The notes under the pieces were generated by a model. The model made no database searches. It was not told the DNA's origin and saw only the letters and a list, made by a program, of their open reading frames with translations. The position numbers were made by a program, and so were the translations under genes. Below, piece by piece: positions 12,186 through 24,268 of a stretch of DNA of 64,000 nt; position 1 is the first letter of the stretch; the number at the start of each line of letters is the position of its first letter. Source of the stretch: Raillietiella orientalis (Eukaryota); the NCBI GenBank assembly GCA_036172245.1, contig JAYWIR010000090.1:62001-126000 (forward strand). Reading direction: 5' to 3'.

Positions 12186-14108
12186 ATGTCGACCCAACTT
12201 GAAGCTACTGAAGTAGGAATAACAGCATCCGGATCTGCAATCGCGGAACCGACGGCCGCCTCCACTTCGTCTTTCTCGCCAATGGAGAGGAGTTTTGCTG
12301 ACGTTGCTGCCACAGCAGCCGTCAAAGGGAAACCACTCGACGAGTCGGAGTTGCGGGCATACCTAGCCCAAGGCTATAGACCTGCTCTCCGATATAAGGT
12401 GAGTGGTTTTCTTTCTGCGCGCGACGGGAATCAGTTCAACGATGAACTGACCCGTGTTGGCGTGCGGGAGGAAGGACCTTCTCGCCATTATGCCCGTAAA
12501 AGACATGGGCTATTTCAAGGTGCGTTGCAAAGACGCTGCACTTGTGCAACGCTTGCTGCGCACCCCGTTGTCGATCCGTGGCCAGAAGGTCTTCCCGGCC
12601 GCCATGGACGACTCATTTGTGGTGGAGATTTTCGACATCGAGTCGGAAATCTCCGATACTGATATTCGGAACGCGGTGGCGAAATTCGCCACGGTCCATG
12701 CGCTGTGGAGGGTGCGTAGCAACCTCAAGGACTTCCCGTCCATACACAGCGGAGTCGCTGGAGTCCGGCTTACAATGCCGGACCGCCGTCTGCTGCCCAC
12801 CAAACTACAGGTGAAAGACACGGTCGTTCACCTGTGGTTCGTGGGCAAAGCAAAAACGTGCAAGCAATGCGGGAAGGAGGGGCATTGTTTGGATAAATGC
12901 CCCTCTGGAAAATGCCGTTATTGCAAACTATCCGGGCACCAATTGAAAAATTGCCCGGATCTTTTGCGAAAAAAGGCAGCCGCAGAGCTCCATCCTAGAA
13001 AACAAAGCGCGGATAAAAAGAAAAAATCTGCGAAAACCTGGACACCCCACGGCAGAAATTCGGTAAAAACGCGAGGCGGAATGTCGCCCCAAAGCAGCAG
13101 GAAACCTCGCACGCGAAGCCCTGCGCGCCCCCTCTCGCGGCAGGGGATCCGCAAAAGAAAGGGTGCGGGGAATCCGGGGCAATGGTAAGTCCCCCTAGGC
13201 GCAATAGCTGTCCTAACCTAGCACGCCCGGCTCTCTCGGAGTTCGAGCAGCCGGCGGGGACGCCAATGGACAACGGCGGTAAGGACACTTCCAGTACCGT
13301 CAAATCCATTCCTTCACCTCCTGCAGTGGCTGAGAAGCCCAAATCGGGTAAGAAGGGTTGTGCCGTGTCGACTTCGAAAGTCGGCAAATAAAAATCCGCG
13401 TCGCGATCCAACACCGCGAAAGCGGAGAAAAATCTCACGCCGTCGCGATCGGAGAGCAGGCTCTCGACTGGCGCGGATGCCATGCCAACGAAGGGATTAA
13501 AAGCCCTTCCGAAGGCAGCGTCCATGACGAGCGAGTCGAAGCCATCCAAAGTGCTCCCGTCCAAAGACGCGGATGGCTTCAAAGATGGCAATGGAGCACA
13601 ATCTCTATTTACGGCGCCACGCGAAGTGAGGAACCGTAATGAAGTAAAGAAGACTTCAGCAAAGGTCCCTCGTGCAACTGCGCGTGAGCACGCTGAAAAC
13701 GCGCGAGCCGGGAAAGCAGCCGTCACCAAAAGCGATGCTCTGGTGACGGAAAACGAAAACAGGACAGCTGTCAACCCAGCAGAACCTGTCACTGCTTCGC
13801 GGAAGGCCGAAACCCGATCGAACATGCGCCGGTCGGACTCCGAAATGGATGCCGTTCCGATCACCGAGACGAGGACAACTCGTTCGAAAGCGTGTGCGCG
13901 CCGATCAAAAGTAGGCAGCCAGGCAACTGTAGCCGCGAAGCCACGCGAAGTCTCCACGAAACCCGACGGGGTTAAGCCTGGCGTGGAGGCATTACATGCA
14001 TGCAGCAAGACAGAGGACGGTGGCGACCGTCCCCTCCAGCCAGTCGTGCTGCTCGCCGTCTGCTCGCCGGATAAAGCGAGCAAAAAGCTGCCACCTTCCC
14101 ACCAGTAA
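12186..14108 (+). pseudogene. C1 ORF1 (2 zinc knuckles), frameshifted
   Basis: ORFs 12162..12662, 12454..13188 (CKQCGKEGHCLDKC, CRYCKLSGHQLKNC), 13182..13391, 13482..14108. Confidence 0.87.
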
Positions 14109-17100
14109 TGCGGGGAATCGCGTCTTCTCGTCGTCTGTCCGTAACGTGTTGGAACGTGAACGGACTGCAGAACGACGAGAAGAGGCGATTAGTAGCCAAC
14201 GCCCTGCGCCCCTTCGACCTTGCGCTGCTGCAGGAGATTCACGTAATCTCCGACGATCAGGCGGCCGAAATCGAGGAGCGCGCAGGCGGAACGCTACATT
14301 GGCGGTGCGGCGGCGCACACACGTGCGGCGTCGCGTTCCTCGTAAGAGGAAAAATGGCGGAAGCGGTGCGTAGTGTTCGTTTCGATGACAACGGACGGAT
14401 AGGCCAGCTTGTCATCAAGTGGTCCGAGTCCATCGATCTCGTCGTTACGAACGTCTACGCGCCGAGTGGCTCTCGGTACCTCGAAGAAAGAGTAGCTTTC
14501 TTTGGTGAGGTGCAGAGCCAGTGGCTCAACAACTCCGGCTTCCAAGTGGCGCACCTCGTCGCTGGGGACTTCAACGTCCGCCTGCTCTCCGACGATTGGA
14601 GCCGCCCGAGGGAGCGCGCGCTGCCCATCGAGATGTGCGCGTCCGTGCACGCCGCCAACTTGATGGTCAGCGAACCTGGAATGGAAAGATCGCTCGATCA
14701 CGTTTTCCTCGATGAAAACCTGCATTCGCGTGTGGGTAGGAGATGAAGATTGTTGACTGAGCTTTCTGACCACCACAGGTTGGAGTTTGAGATCCTTCCG
14801 CCAGGCAGGGGGCCTCCGTTGCAAAGCTGGAGGATGCAGGCGAATTGACTTAGCCAACCGGAGGCTGCGGAGCATCTACGTGGATACCTCCGGGGCTTTG
14901 CCGTTCAAGAACTTGCGGACTGGGACGATCTCAAAAGATCTGTCCGCGAGTTCTGCTGCCAATTCCCCTTGCACCGGCTTCCACGCGGTTTCGGAGAGGG
15001 CGTGGCCAACAGTAGAGACCTTCTGCAGGCCCGCACGTTTTCGAGACGCGCGGATGTCGGGCGTCTCGCAGAGTACAAGGCGAGGGCCGAGCGCCAGGTC
15101 TGGCAGTCCGGAGCAGCATGCCTGTTGGACGACAAGGGCCAGGAATGTTCGGCCCCAGCCGAAGTACGCCGCATTGTGAGACGCTACTACTTCTCGCTCT
15201 ACGGGGAATCCCCGACGGAGGATATTCTTTCTGAGATACTCCTGTCTCAGGATGCTCGTGTTGTCGGCGAGGAGGAACGCGAACGTCTCGACGAGCCCTT
15301 CACGGCGGACGAATTTTCGTCCGCCATCGCTGGGCTGAAGAGACGAAAGGCGCCAGGCGAGGATGGGCTCCCTGCAGAGTTTTATCAGCGCTTTGCAGTG
15401 GAGCTCATTCCCTTGATGCTTAAACTCGCGACGCTGATGAGTGAATCCGGGAATGTCCCTGATTCCTTCCGCTCAGCGAAGGTGCGTCTCCTGCCGAAAG
15501 GCGGAGACTTGCGCCAACTTAACAACTGGCGTCCGATCACCTTGGTGAACTCGGACGTCAAGTTGTTTTCCAAGCTGTGGGTCGCGCGGTTAGAAAGAAT
15601 CGCGGAATCTGTGGTGAGCCCGGAACAAACCTACGCGGTTCCGGGACGATCCATGGAGGCGAACATCCTGTTCGCGCGTACATGGATGCAGCTGCAGGAA
15701 GTTGTGGCGCAGCAAAGCCAGGCTGCTGCGAAAGTCACTGCCGCAGGCAAAAAGAACAGGCGCCGACGGCAGGAGGGAACGCCAGGTGCCTTGGCGGTCG
15801 CGGTCGATCTCCACAAGGCGTTCGACTGCGTAAACCAGACGCTGCTTTTGGAGCTTATGGAACGCCTTGGGTTCCCGGCGCAACTCCTGCTGTATTTGCG
15901 CGCGTGCTGGCGCCACGCGCTAACCTGCATCACTTTTAGCGGCTGCCGCGTGTATGGTATTCCCGTTCGTAGGGGCATCCGACAGGGCGACAGCTTAAGC
16001 CCGTTGCTCTTCAGCATCTTCTTTGAGTTGGTGCTAAGAGCATACAGGCTGACGCTGTCTCACTTGCCAAGCTCCTGCCCGGGAACGCCTGCCGTGGCCG
16101 CCTACGCTGCTGACCTGCTTCTTCTGCTCCCCATGTCCACCCCGGCGTCCAGTGTCGAGGATTTCTTCGACCTGATTCGTCGAGGAGCGGGCGTGAGCGT
16201 GAACAGAGAGAAGAGCGTGGTCGTTCCTGTGGGTACGTCGTGGGAGGGGCAGTCCGACTGGATCCGCCTGGGGATCACCACGGGCGGGTACTTTAAGTAC
16301 CTTGGCGTTCCGTTGGGCGCTTTCGGCGCAGCCGAAGCGTGGGCGGACTGTCTTCAGAAAGCAGAGTTGACCATCAGCCCGTTCTTTAACGGCAAGTTTA
16401 CCTTGCAGGAACGGGCGACTATTTTGAACACCTTTGTGGCCCCCCTCCTCCGTCCCCTGTTTTTTGTTTTGAACCCCCCCTATGCGGCAAAACAGCGGGC
16501 TAAGCGCCTGCTCAGGAACGCTCTCTGGGGTCCGGCGAGATCCAGGATCCGCCTTAAAGATTTGTCAGCTCCGCGTCGGGATGCTGGTTTGGGTATCCTG
16601 ACAATGGAGCGAATCGGACTGCAGGTGCAGTTCTGACTGCTGGCACTGTGTGCCCAGCTATGGACATCCCCCCTGTGTGTGCCAGCTCGCATTCTCCTGC
16701 GGAGATGCGCCGGCAGCGGAGGATTTCTCTCGCTTTTGCCGGGCACTCAATACAGGAAGCGGGGTTTCGGTTTTCCGGTGCGGCAGTTGACCGCACTTCA
16801 GGAAGCACACTCTTGGATCTCCTGCCGCCCAATGAACTTTGAAGCTTGGCGGCAGGAGTCTGTTGAATCCTGGGCGGCGTTCCAAGGAATACGCCCTGAA
16901 GATCTTCGCCCCCTACGCCAATTTTTTCCACGATCCTTGGAAGAAGTACTGCAGGACGAGGTGAAGTTTTCTACCCTGGCTGCCACGCCTCTTGCCGTAG
17001 CGCTGTCTGCCCTCAGGGCAAGAAACGACAGTTACCAACCGGCCAGGTGGGAGGTTTCCTGCACGATAGCGGGAAGAACCAAACTGCTTGGCACCTGGAA

Positions 17101-17701
17101 GACAAGTGAGTTTGCGGACGCCGCCACTCCTCGTGTTACTGCAAAGGGACTCCTCCGGTGGGCAGAAGAACTTGCTGTCACCCCCGAAGAACTTGTAGTC
17201 CCTTGACAGTGTATGGACAGTTGGCTGCTCCCCCTTGCTTGGAAACAAGCCGTGCTGCTTTTCGTTCACTGGGGTTTTCAGTGCAACGAGCGTTGGCATC
17301 GTGACTCCGGGGGACTTGCGTCTGCGAACTGCGTTCGGTGCGGATCGACGGAGTCGATTCTGCACCTACTTCTGGACTGCGGTGTCCTACAAGGACTGTG
17401 GCGTAGGCTGGCAACAGCACTATTGCATCCCGTGGACACCGCAAGAGACTTGCTGCGACGATTCTTCACGCCGAGCGGGCTTTCACTTAGCGCAAGGATT
17501 GCAACCATCGGTTGCATACGCGCGATAGTTTCCGTCTGCCAGGCGTTGGTAATCAACGGACAGCACCAAGAAGTAATCAGCAAAGCATCCTTCTACATGG
17601 GAGCATCCGCTAGATGGCCTCATCTGACAGAGGAGACAAAGAGGAATCTCGCCGCAATACACCGCCGGTTTACACACCCTCATCAGCGGCCAACCCGGTG
17701 A
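14108..17701 (+). pseudogene. C1 ORF2 (APE-RT-CCHC) with in-frame stops and YADD mutated to YAAD
   Basis: ORFs 14108..14746, 14969..16636, 16679..17206, 17213..17701 all lie in one frame; CVRCGSTESILHLLLDC. Confidence 0.92.
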
Positions 17702-18101
17702 TCATTGCCCTACCCTCCATAAACTAAATTTGTATTTTCTTTTTACACCCGCGTCCCCATAGGCTCCGGAACATTTTAGGTGCTCATCGTATAAATCCCC
17801 GTGAGTACGGAGCCTAACCAAAAACCCGTTACCCTTCCCTCCAGTTTTTGATTTTTGTTTGTTTCCCCTCATTCCCCCCACGCTGCGAGCGGTTTGTTTA
17901 CCAGGCCTGCGAGCTGGTAATTTTTCTATGTTCTCTGTCGTTCTGTTGGCTGGGGACATTGTCCCTGACCAGTTTATTATTATTAATAAACGCCCCGGCG
18001 TGACCGGCTGATAAATTTCAATCGAGTGCGGACGTGTTTTTCTTCGCTCTCGTCTCCGTGCTTTCATCCGCTTCATCTTGGCGTCGTACATTTTGACGAC
18101 G

Positions 18102-20022
18102 ATGTCGACCCAACTTGAAGCTACTGAAGTTGGAGGAACAGCATCCGGATCTGCAATCGCGAACCGACGGCCGCCTCCACTTCGTCTTTCTCGCCACTGG
18201 AGAGGAGTTTTGCTGACGTTGCTGCCACAGCAGCCGTCAAAGGGAAACCACTCGACGAGTCGGAGTTGCGGGCATACGTAGCCCAAGGCTATAGACCTGC
18301 TCTCCGTTATAAGGTAAGTGGTTTTCCTTCTGCGCGCGACGGGAATCAGTTCAACGATGAACTGACCCGTGTTGGCATGCGGGAGGAGGACCTTCTCGCC
18401 ATTATGCCCGTAAAAGACATGGGCTATTTCAAGGTGCGTTGCAAAGACGCTGCACTTGTGCAACGCTTGCTGCGCACCCCGTTGTCGATCCGTGGCCCGA
18501 AGGTCTTCCCGGCAGCCATGGACGACTCATTTGTGGCGGAGATTTTCGACATCGAGTCGGAAATCTCCGATATTGATATTCGGAACGCGTTGGCGAAATT
18601 CGCCACGGTCCATGCGCTGTGGAGGGTGCGTAGCAACCTCAAGGACTTCCCGTCCATACACAGCGGAGTCGCTGGAGTCCGGCTTACAATGCCGGACCGC
18701 CGTCTGCTGCCCACCCAACTACAGGTGAAAGACACGGTCGTTCACCTGTGGTTCGTGGGCAAAGTAAGAACGTGCGAGCAATGCGGGAAGGAGGGGCATT
18801 GTTTGGATAAATGCCCCTCTGGAAAATGCCGTTATTGCAAACTATCCGGGCACCAATTGAAAAATTGCCCGGACCTTTTGCGAAAAAAGGCAGCCGCGGA
18901 GCCCCATTTTAAAAATCAAAGCGCGGATAAAAAGAAAAAATCTGCGAAAACCCTGGAGACCCCACGGCAGAAATTCCGAAAAAACGCGAGGCGGAATGTC
19001 GCCCCAAAGCAGCAGGAAACCTCGCACGCGAAGCCCTGCGCGCCCCCTCTCGCGGCAGGGGAGCCGCAAAAGAAAGGGTGCGGGGAATCCGGGGCAATGG
19101 TAAGTCCCCCTAGGCGCAATAGCTGTCCTTCGCAAGCACGCCCGGCTCTTTCGGAGTTCGTGCAACCGGCGGGGACGTCAATGGACAACGGCGGTAAGGA
19201 CACTTCCAGTACCGTGAGATCCATTCCTTCACCTCCTGCAGTGGCTGAGAAGCCCAAATCGGGTAAGAAGAGTTGTGCAGTGTCGACTTTGAAAGTCGGC
19301 AAAAAAAAATCCGCGTCGCGATCCAACACCGCGAAAGCGGAGAAAAATCTCACGCCGTCGCAATCGGAGAGCAAGCTCTCGACTGGCGCGGATGCCATGC
19401 CAACGAAGGGATTAAAATCCCTTCCGAAGACAGCGTCCATGACGAGCGTGTCGAAGCCATCCAAAGTGCTCCCGTCCAAAGGCGCGGATGGCTTTAAAGA
19501 TGGCAATGGAGCACAATCTCCATTTACGGCGCCACGCGAAGTGAGGAACCGTAATGAAGTAAAGAAGACTTCAGCAAAGGTCCCTCGTGCAACTGCGCGT
19601 GAGCACGCTGAAAACGCGCGCGCCGGGAAAGCAGCCGTCACCAAAAGCGATGCTAGGAGACGGAAAAAGGCAACAGGACAGCTGTCAATCCAGCAGAACC
19701 TGTCACTACTTCGCGGAAGGCCGAAACCCGATCGAACATGCGCCGGTCGGACTCCGAAATGGATGCCGTTCCGATCACCGAGACGAGGACAACTCGTTCG
19801 AAAGCGTGTGCGCGCTGATCAAAAGTAGGCAGCCAGGCAACTCTAGCCGCGAAGCCACGCGAAGTCTCCACGAAACCCGACGGGGATAAGCCTGGCGTGG
19901 AGGTATTACATGCATGCAGCACGACAGAGGACGGTGGCGACCGTCCCCTCCAGCCAGTCGTGCTGCTCGCCGTCTGCTCGCCGGATAAAGCGAGCAAAAA
20001 GCCGCCACCATCCCAGCAGTAA
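18102..20022 (+). pseudogene. C2 ORF1, frameshifted
   Basis: Main ORF 18266..19828 with 2 knuckles; frameshifts near 18160 and 19655. Confidence 0.87.
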
Positions 20023-23000
20023 TGCGGGGAATCGCGTCTTCTCGTCGTCTGTCCGTAACGTGTTGGAACGTGAACGGACTGCAGAACGACGAGAAGAGGC
20101 GATGAGTAGCCAACGCCCTGCGCCATTTCGACCTCGCGCTCCTGCAGGAGATTCTCGTAATCGCCGACGAGCAGGCAGCCGAAATCGAGGAGCGCGCAGG
20201 CGGAAGGCTACATTGGCGGTGCGGCGGCGCACACACGTGCGGCGTCGCGTTCCTCGTAAGAGGAAAAATGGCGGAAGCGGTGCGTAGTGTTCGTTTCGAT
20301 GACGACGGACGGATAGGCCAGCTTGTCATCAAGTGGTCCGAGTCCATCGATCTCGTCGTTACGAACGTCTACGCGCCGAGTGGCTCTCGCTACCTCGAAG
20401 AAAGAGTAGCTTTCCTTGGTGAGGTGCAGAGCCACTGGCTCAACAACTCCGGTTTCCAAGTGGCGCACCTCGTCGCTGGGGACTTCAACGTCCGCCTGCT
20501 CTCCGACGATTGGAGCCGCCCGAGGGCGCGCGCGCTGCCCCTCGATATGTGCGCGTCCGTGCACGCTGCCAACTTGATGGTCAGCGAACCTGGAATGGAA
20601 AGATCGCTCGATCACGTTTTCCTCGATGAAAACCTGCATTCGCGTGTGGGTAGGAGAGGAAGATTGTTGACTAAGCTTTCTGACCACCACAGGTTGGAGT
20701 TTGAGATCCTTCCGCCAGGCAGGGGGCCTCCGTTGCAAAACTGGAGGATGCAGGCGGATTGGCTTAGCAAACCGGAGGCTGCGGAGCATCTACGAAGATA
20801 CCTTCGAGGCATTGCCATTCAAGAACTTGCGGACTGGGAAGATCTCAAAAGATCTGTCCGCGAGTTCTGCTGCCAATTCCCCTTGCACCGGCTTCCACGC
20901 GGTTTCGGAGAGGGCGTGGGCAACAGTAGAGACTTTCTGCAGGCCCGCACGTTTTCGAGACGCGCCGATGTCGGGCGTCTCGGAGAGAACAAGGCGAGGG
21001 CCGAGCGCCAGGTCTGGCAGTCCGGAGCAGCATGCCTGTTGGACGACAAGGGCCAGGAATGTTCAGCCCCAGCCGAAGTACGCCGCATTGTGAGACGCTA
21101 CTACTCCTCTCTGTACGCGGAATCCCCGACGGAGGATATTCTTTCTGAGATACTCCTGTCTCAGGATGCTCGTGTTGTCGGCGAGGAGGAACGCAAACGT
21201 CTCAACGAGCCCTTCACGGCGGATGAATTTTCGTCCGCAATCGCTGGGCTGAAGAGAAGAAAGGCGCCAGGTAAGGATGGGCTCCCTGCAGAGTTTTATC
21301 AGTGCTTTGCAGTGGAGCTCATTCCCTTGATGCTGAAACTCGCGACGCTGATGAGTGAATCCGGGAATGTCCCTGATTCCTTCCGCTCAGCGAAGGTGCG
21401 TCTCCTGCCGAAAGGCGGAGACTTGCGTCAACTTAACAACTGGCGTTCGATCACCTTGGTGAACTCGGACGTCAAGTTGTTTTCCAAGCTGTGGGTCGCG
21501 CGGTTAGGAAGTATCGCGGAATCTGTGGTGAGCCCGGAACAAACCTACGCGGTTCCGGGACGATCCATGGAGGCGAACATCCTTTTCGCGCGTACATGGA
21601 TGCAGCTGCAGGAAGTTGTGGCGCAGCAAAGCCAGGCTGCTGCGAAAGTCACTGCCGCAGGCAAGAAGAACAGGCGCCGACGGCAGGAGGGAACGCCAGG
21701 TGCCTTGGCGGTCGCGGTCGATCTCCACAAGGCGTTCGACTGCTTAAACCAGAAGCTGCTTTTGGAGCTTATGAAACGCCTTGGGTTCCCGGCGCAACTC
21801 CTGCTGTATTTGCGAGCGTGCTGGAGCCACGCGTCAACCTGCATTACTTTCAGCGGCTGGCGCGTGTATGGCATTCCCGTTCGTAGATGCATCCGACAGG
21901 GCGACAGCTTAAGCCCGTTGCTCTTCAGCATCTTCTTTGAGTTGGTGCTAAGTGCATACAGGCTGACGCTGTCTCACTTGCCAAGCTCCTGCCCGGGAAC
22001 GCCTGCCGTGGCCGTCTACGCTGATGACCTGCTTCTTCAGCTCCCCATGTCCACCCCGGCGTCCAGTGTCGAGGATTTCTTCGACCTGATTCGTCGGGGA
22101 GCGGGCGTGAGCGCGAACAGATAGAAGAGCGTGGTCGTTCCTGTGGGTACGTCGTGGGAGGGGCAGCCCGACTGGATCCGCCTGGGGATCCCCACGGGCG
22201 GGTACTTTAAGTACCGTGGCGTTCCGTTGGGCGCATTCGGCGCAGCCGAAGCGTGGGCGGACTGTCTTCAGAAAGCAGAGTTGGCCATCAGCCCGTTCTT
22301 TAACGGCAAGTTTACCTTGCAGGAACGGGCGACTATTTGGAACACCTTTGTGGCCCTTCTCCTCCGTTCCCTGTTTTTTGTTTTGGACCCCCCCTATGCG
22401 GCAAAACAGCGGGCTAAACGCCTGCTCAGGAACGCTCTCTGAGGTCCGGCGAGATCCAGAATCCGCCTCAAAGATTTGTTTGCTCCGCGTCGGGATGCTG
22501 GTTTAGGTATCTTAGCAATGGAGCGAATCGGACTGCAGGTGCAGTTCCGACTGCTGGCACTGTGTGCCCAGCTATGGACATCCCCCCTGTGTGTGCCAGC
22601 CCGCATTCTCCTGCGGAGATGAGCCGGCAGCGGAGGATTTCTCTCGCTTTTGCCGGGCACTCAATACAGGAAGCGGGGTTTCGGGTTTCCATTGCGGCAG
22701 TTGACCGCACTTCTGGGAGCTCACTCGTGGATCTCCTGCCGCCCAATGACTTTGAAGTTTGGCGGCAGGAGTGTGTGGAATCCTGGACGGCGTTCCAAGG
22801 AATACGCCCTGAAGATCTTCACCCCCTGCGTCAATTTTTTCCACGATCCTTGGAAGAAGTACTGCAGGACGAGGTGAAGTTTTCTACCCTGGCTGCCACG
22901 CCTCTTGCAGCAGCGCTGTCTGCCCTCAGGGCAAGAAACGACAGTGACCAACCGGCGAGCTGGGTGGTTTCCTGCACGATAGCGGGAAAAACCAAAATCC

Positions 23001-23613
23001 TTGGCGCCTGGAAGACGAGTGAGTTGGCGGACGCCGCCACTCCTCGTGTTACTGCAAAGGGACTCCTCCGGTGGGCAGAAGAACTTACTGTAACCCCCGA
23101 AGAAGTTGTAGTCCCTCCACAGTGTATTGACAGTTCGCTGCTCCCCCTTGCTTGGAAACAAGCCGTGCTGCTTTTCGTTCACTGGGGTTTTCAGTGCAAC
23201 GAGCGTTGGCATCGTGACTCCGGGGGACTTGCATCTGCGAATTGCGTTCGGTGCGGATCGCGGAGTCGATTCCGCACCTACTTCTGGACTGCGGTGTCCT
23301 ACAAGGACTGTGGCGTAGGCTGGCAACAGCACTAATGCATCCCGTGGACACCGCAAGAGACTTGCTGCGACGATTCTTCACGCCGAGCGGGCTGTCACTA
23401 AGCGCAAGGATTGCAACCATCGGTTGCATACGAGCGATAGTTTCCGTCCGCCAGGCGTTGGTAATCAACGGACAGCACCAAGAGGTAATCAGCAAAGCAT
23501 CCTTCAACATAGGAGCATCCGCTAGATGGCCTCATTTGACAGAGGAGACAAAAAGGAATCTCGCCGCAATACACCGCCGGTTTACACACCCTAAGCAGCG
23601 GCCAACGCGGTGA
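20022..23613 (+). pseudogene. C2 ORF2 (APE-RT-CCHC), disrupted
   Basis: ORFs 20268..22124 (GDFN, LDH, SDH, YADD), 22131..22442, 22562..23335, 23242..23613. Confidence 0.92.
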
Positions 23614-23896
23614 TCATTGCCCTACCCTCCATAAACTAATTTTGTATTTTCTTTTCACACCCGCGTCCCCATAGGCTCCGGAACATTTTAGGTGCTCATC
23701 GTTTAAGTCCCCGTGAGTACGGAGCCTAACCAAAAACCCTTGACCCTTCCCTCCAGTTTTTGATTTTTGTTTGTTTCCCCTCATTCCCCCCACGCTGCGA
23801 GCGGTTTGTTTACCAGGTCTGCGTGCCGGGAATTTTTCTATGTTCTCTGTCGTTCTGTTGGTTGCAGACATTGTCCCTGACCAGTTTATTATTATT

Positions 23897-23926
23897 AATA
23901 AACGCCCCGGCGTGACCGGGTGATAA
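23897..23926 (+). other. Conserved 3'-terminal AATAAA + CCCGG-N5-CCGGG hairpin (example copy)
   Basis: Present at all 11 visible 3' ends (variant form in family A; AATGAA in H). Confidence 0.8.
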
Positions 23927-24268
23927 ATTTCAATATCCGTCTGCTAACAGGTGAGCCAGAAACACAAGAAAACGCGATGAACGAGTTGTGTGCCGCCATG
24001 CGTGCGCGAAACTTGTTCGCGGGTGAGAAGGGAATGGTCCGAAGCATCGACCACGTCTTTCTCGACGCTGACCTCTGTTCACGGTCGGCCAACGGGAGAG
24101 GGTTGCGTCGACGTTGTCGGACCATTCCCGGTTAATTTTCGAGATGCGGCCTCGCGACAAGGGACCGCCATCCAGGAATTGGCGTCTGCCGGGGGACTGG
24201 ACGCGACTCTCAGGTGCGAAGGAACACCTTCGCGAATACCTGAGAGGCGTCACGCTCCGGAATCTCCA
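23927..24268 (+). mobile_element. B1 continuation (rest of the APE domain), then interrupted by D
   Basis: Resumes (D)FNIRLLTGEPETQE..IDHVFLD, homologous to B2 29493-29835. Confidence 0.9.

Larger units (their letters stand above)
12107..18014 (+). mobile_element. LINE family C, copy C1, full length (about 5.9 kb), sense insertion in the B1 endonuclease
   Basis: Starts CGAGTGCGGACGTGTTTTT; ends AATAAACGCCCCGGCGTGACCGGCTGATAA; flanked by 8-bp ATTTCAAT (12099-12106, 18015-18022). Confidence 0.95.
18023..23926 (+). mobile_element. LINE family C, copy C2, full length, head-to-tail with C1
   Basis: Same termini as C1; flanked by ATTTCAAT (18015-18022, 23927-23934). Confidence 0.95.

Noticed and set aside
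10736..14083. Long antisense ORFs (10773..12005, 12995..14083; likewise 28022..29479, 48979..50142, 62336..63502)
   Set aside because: These are shadow frames of GC-rich low-complexity ORF1 regions with no recognisable motifs, and their extent varies between copies.
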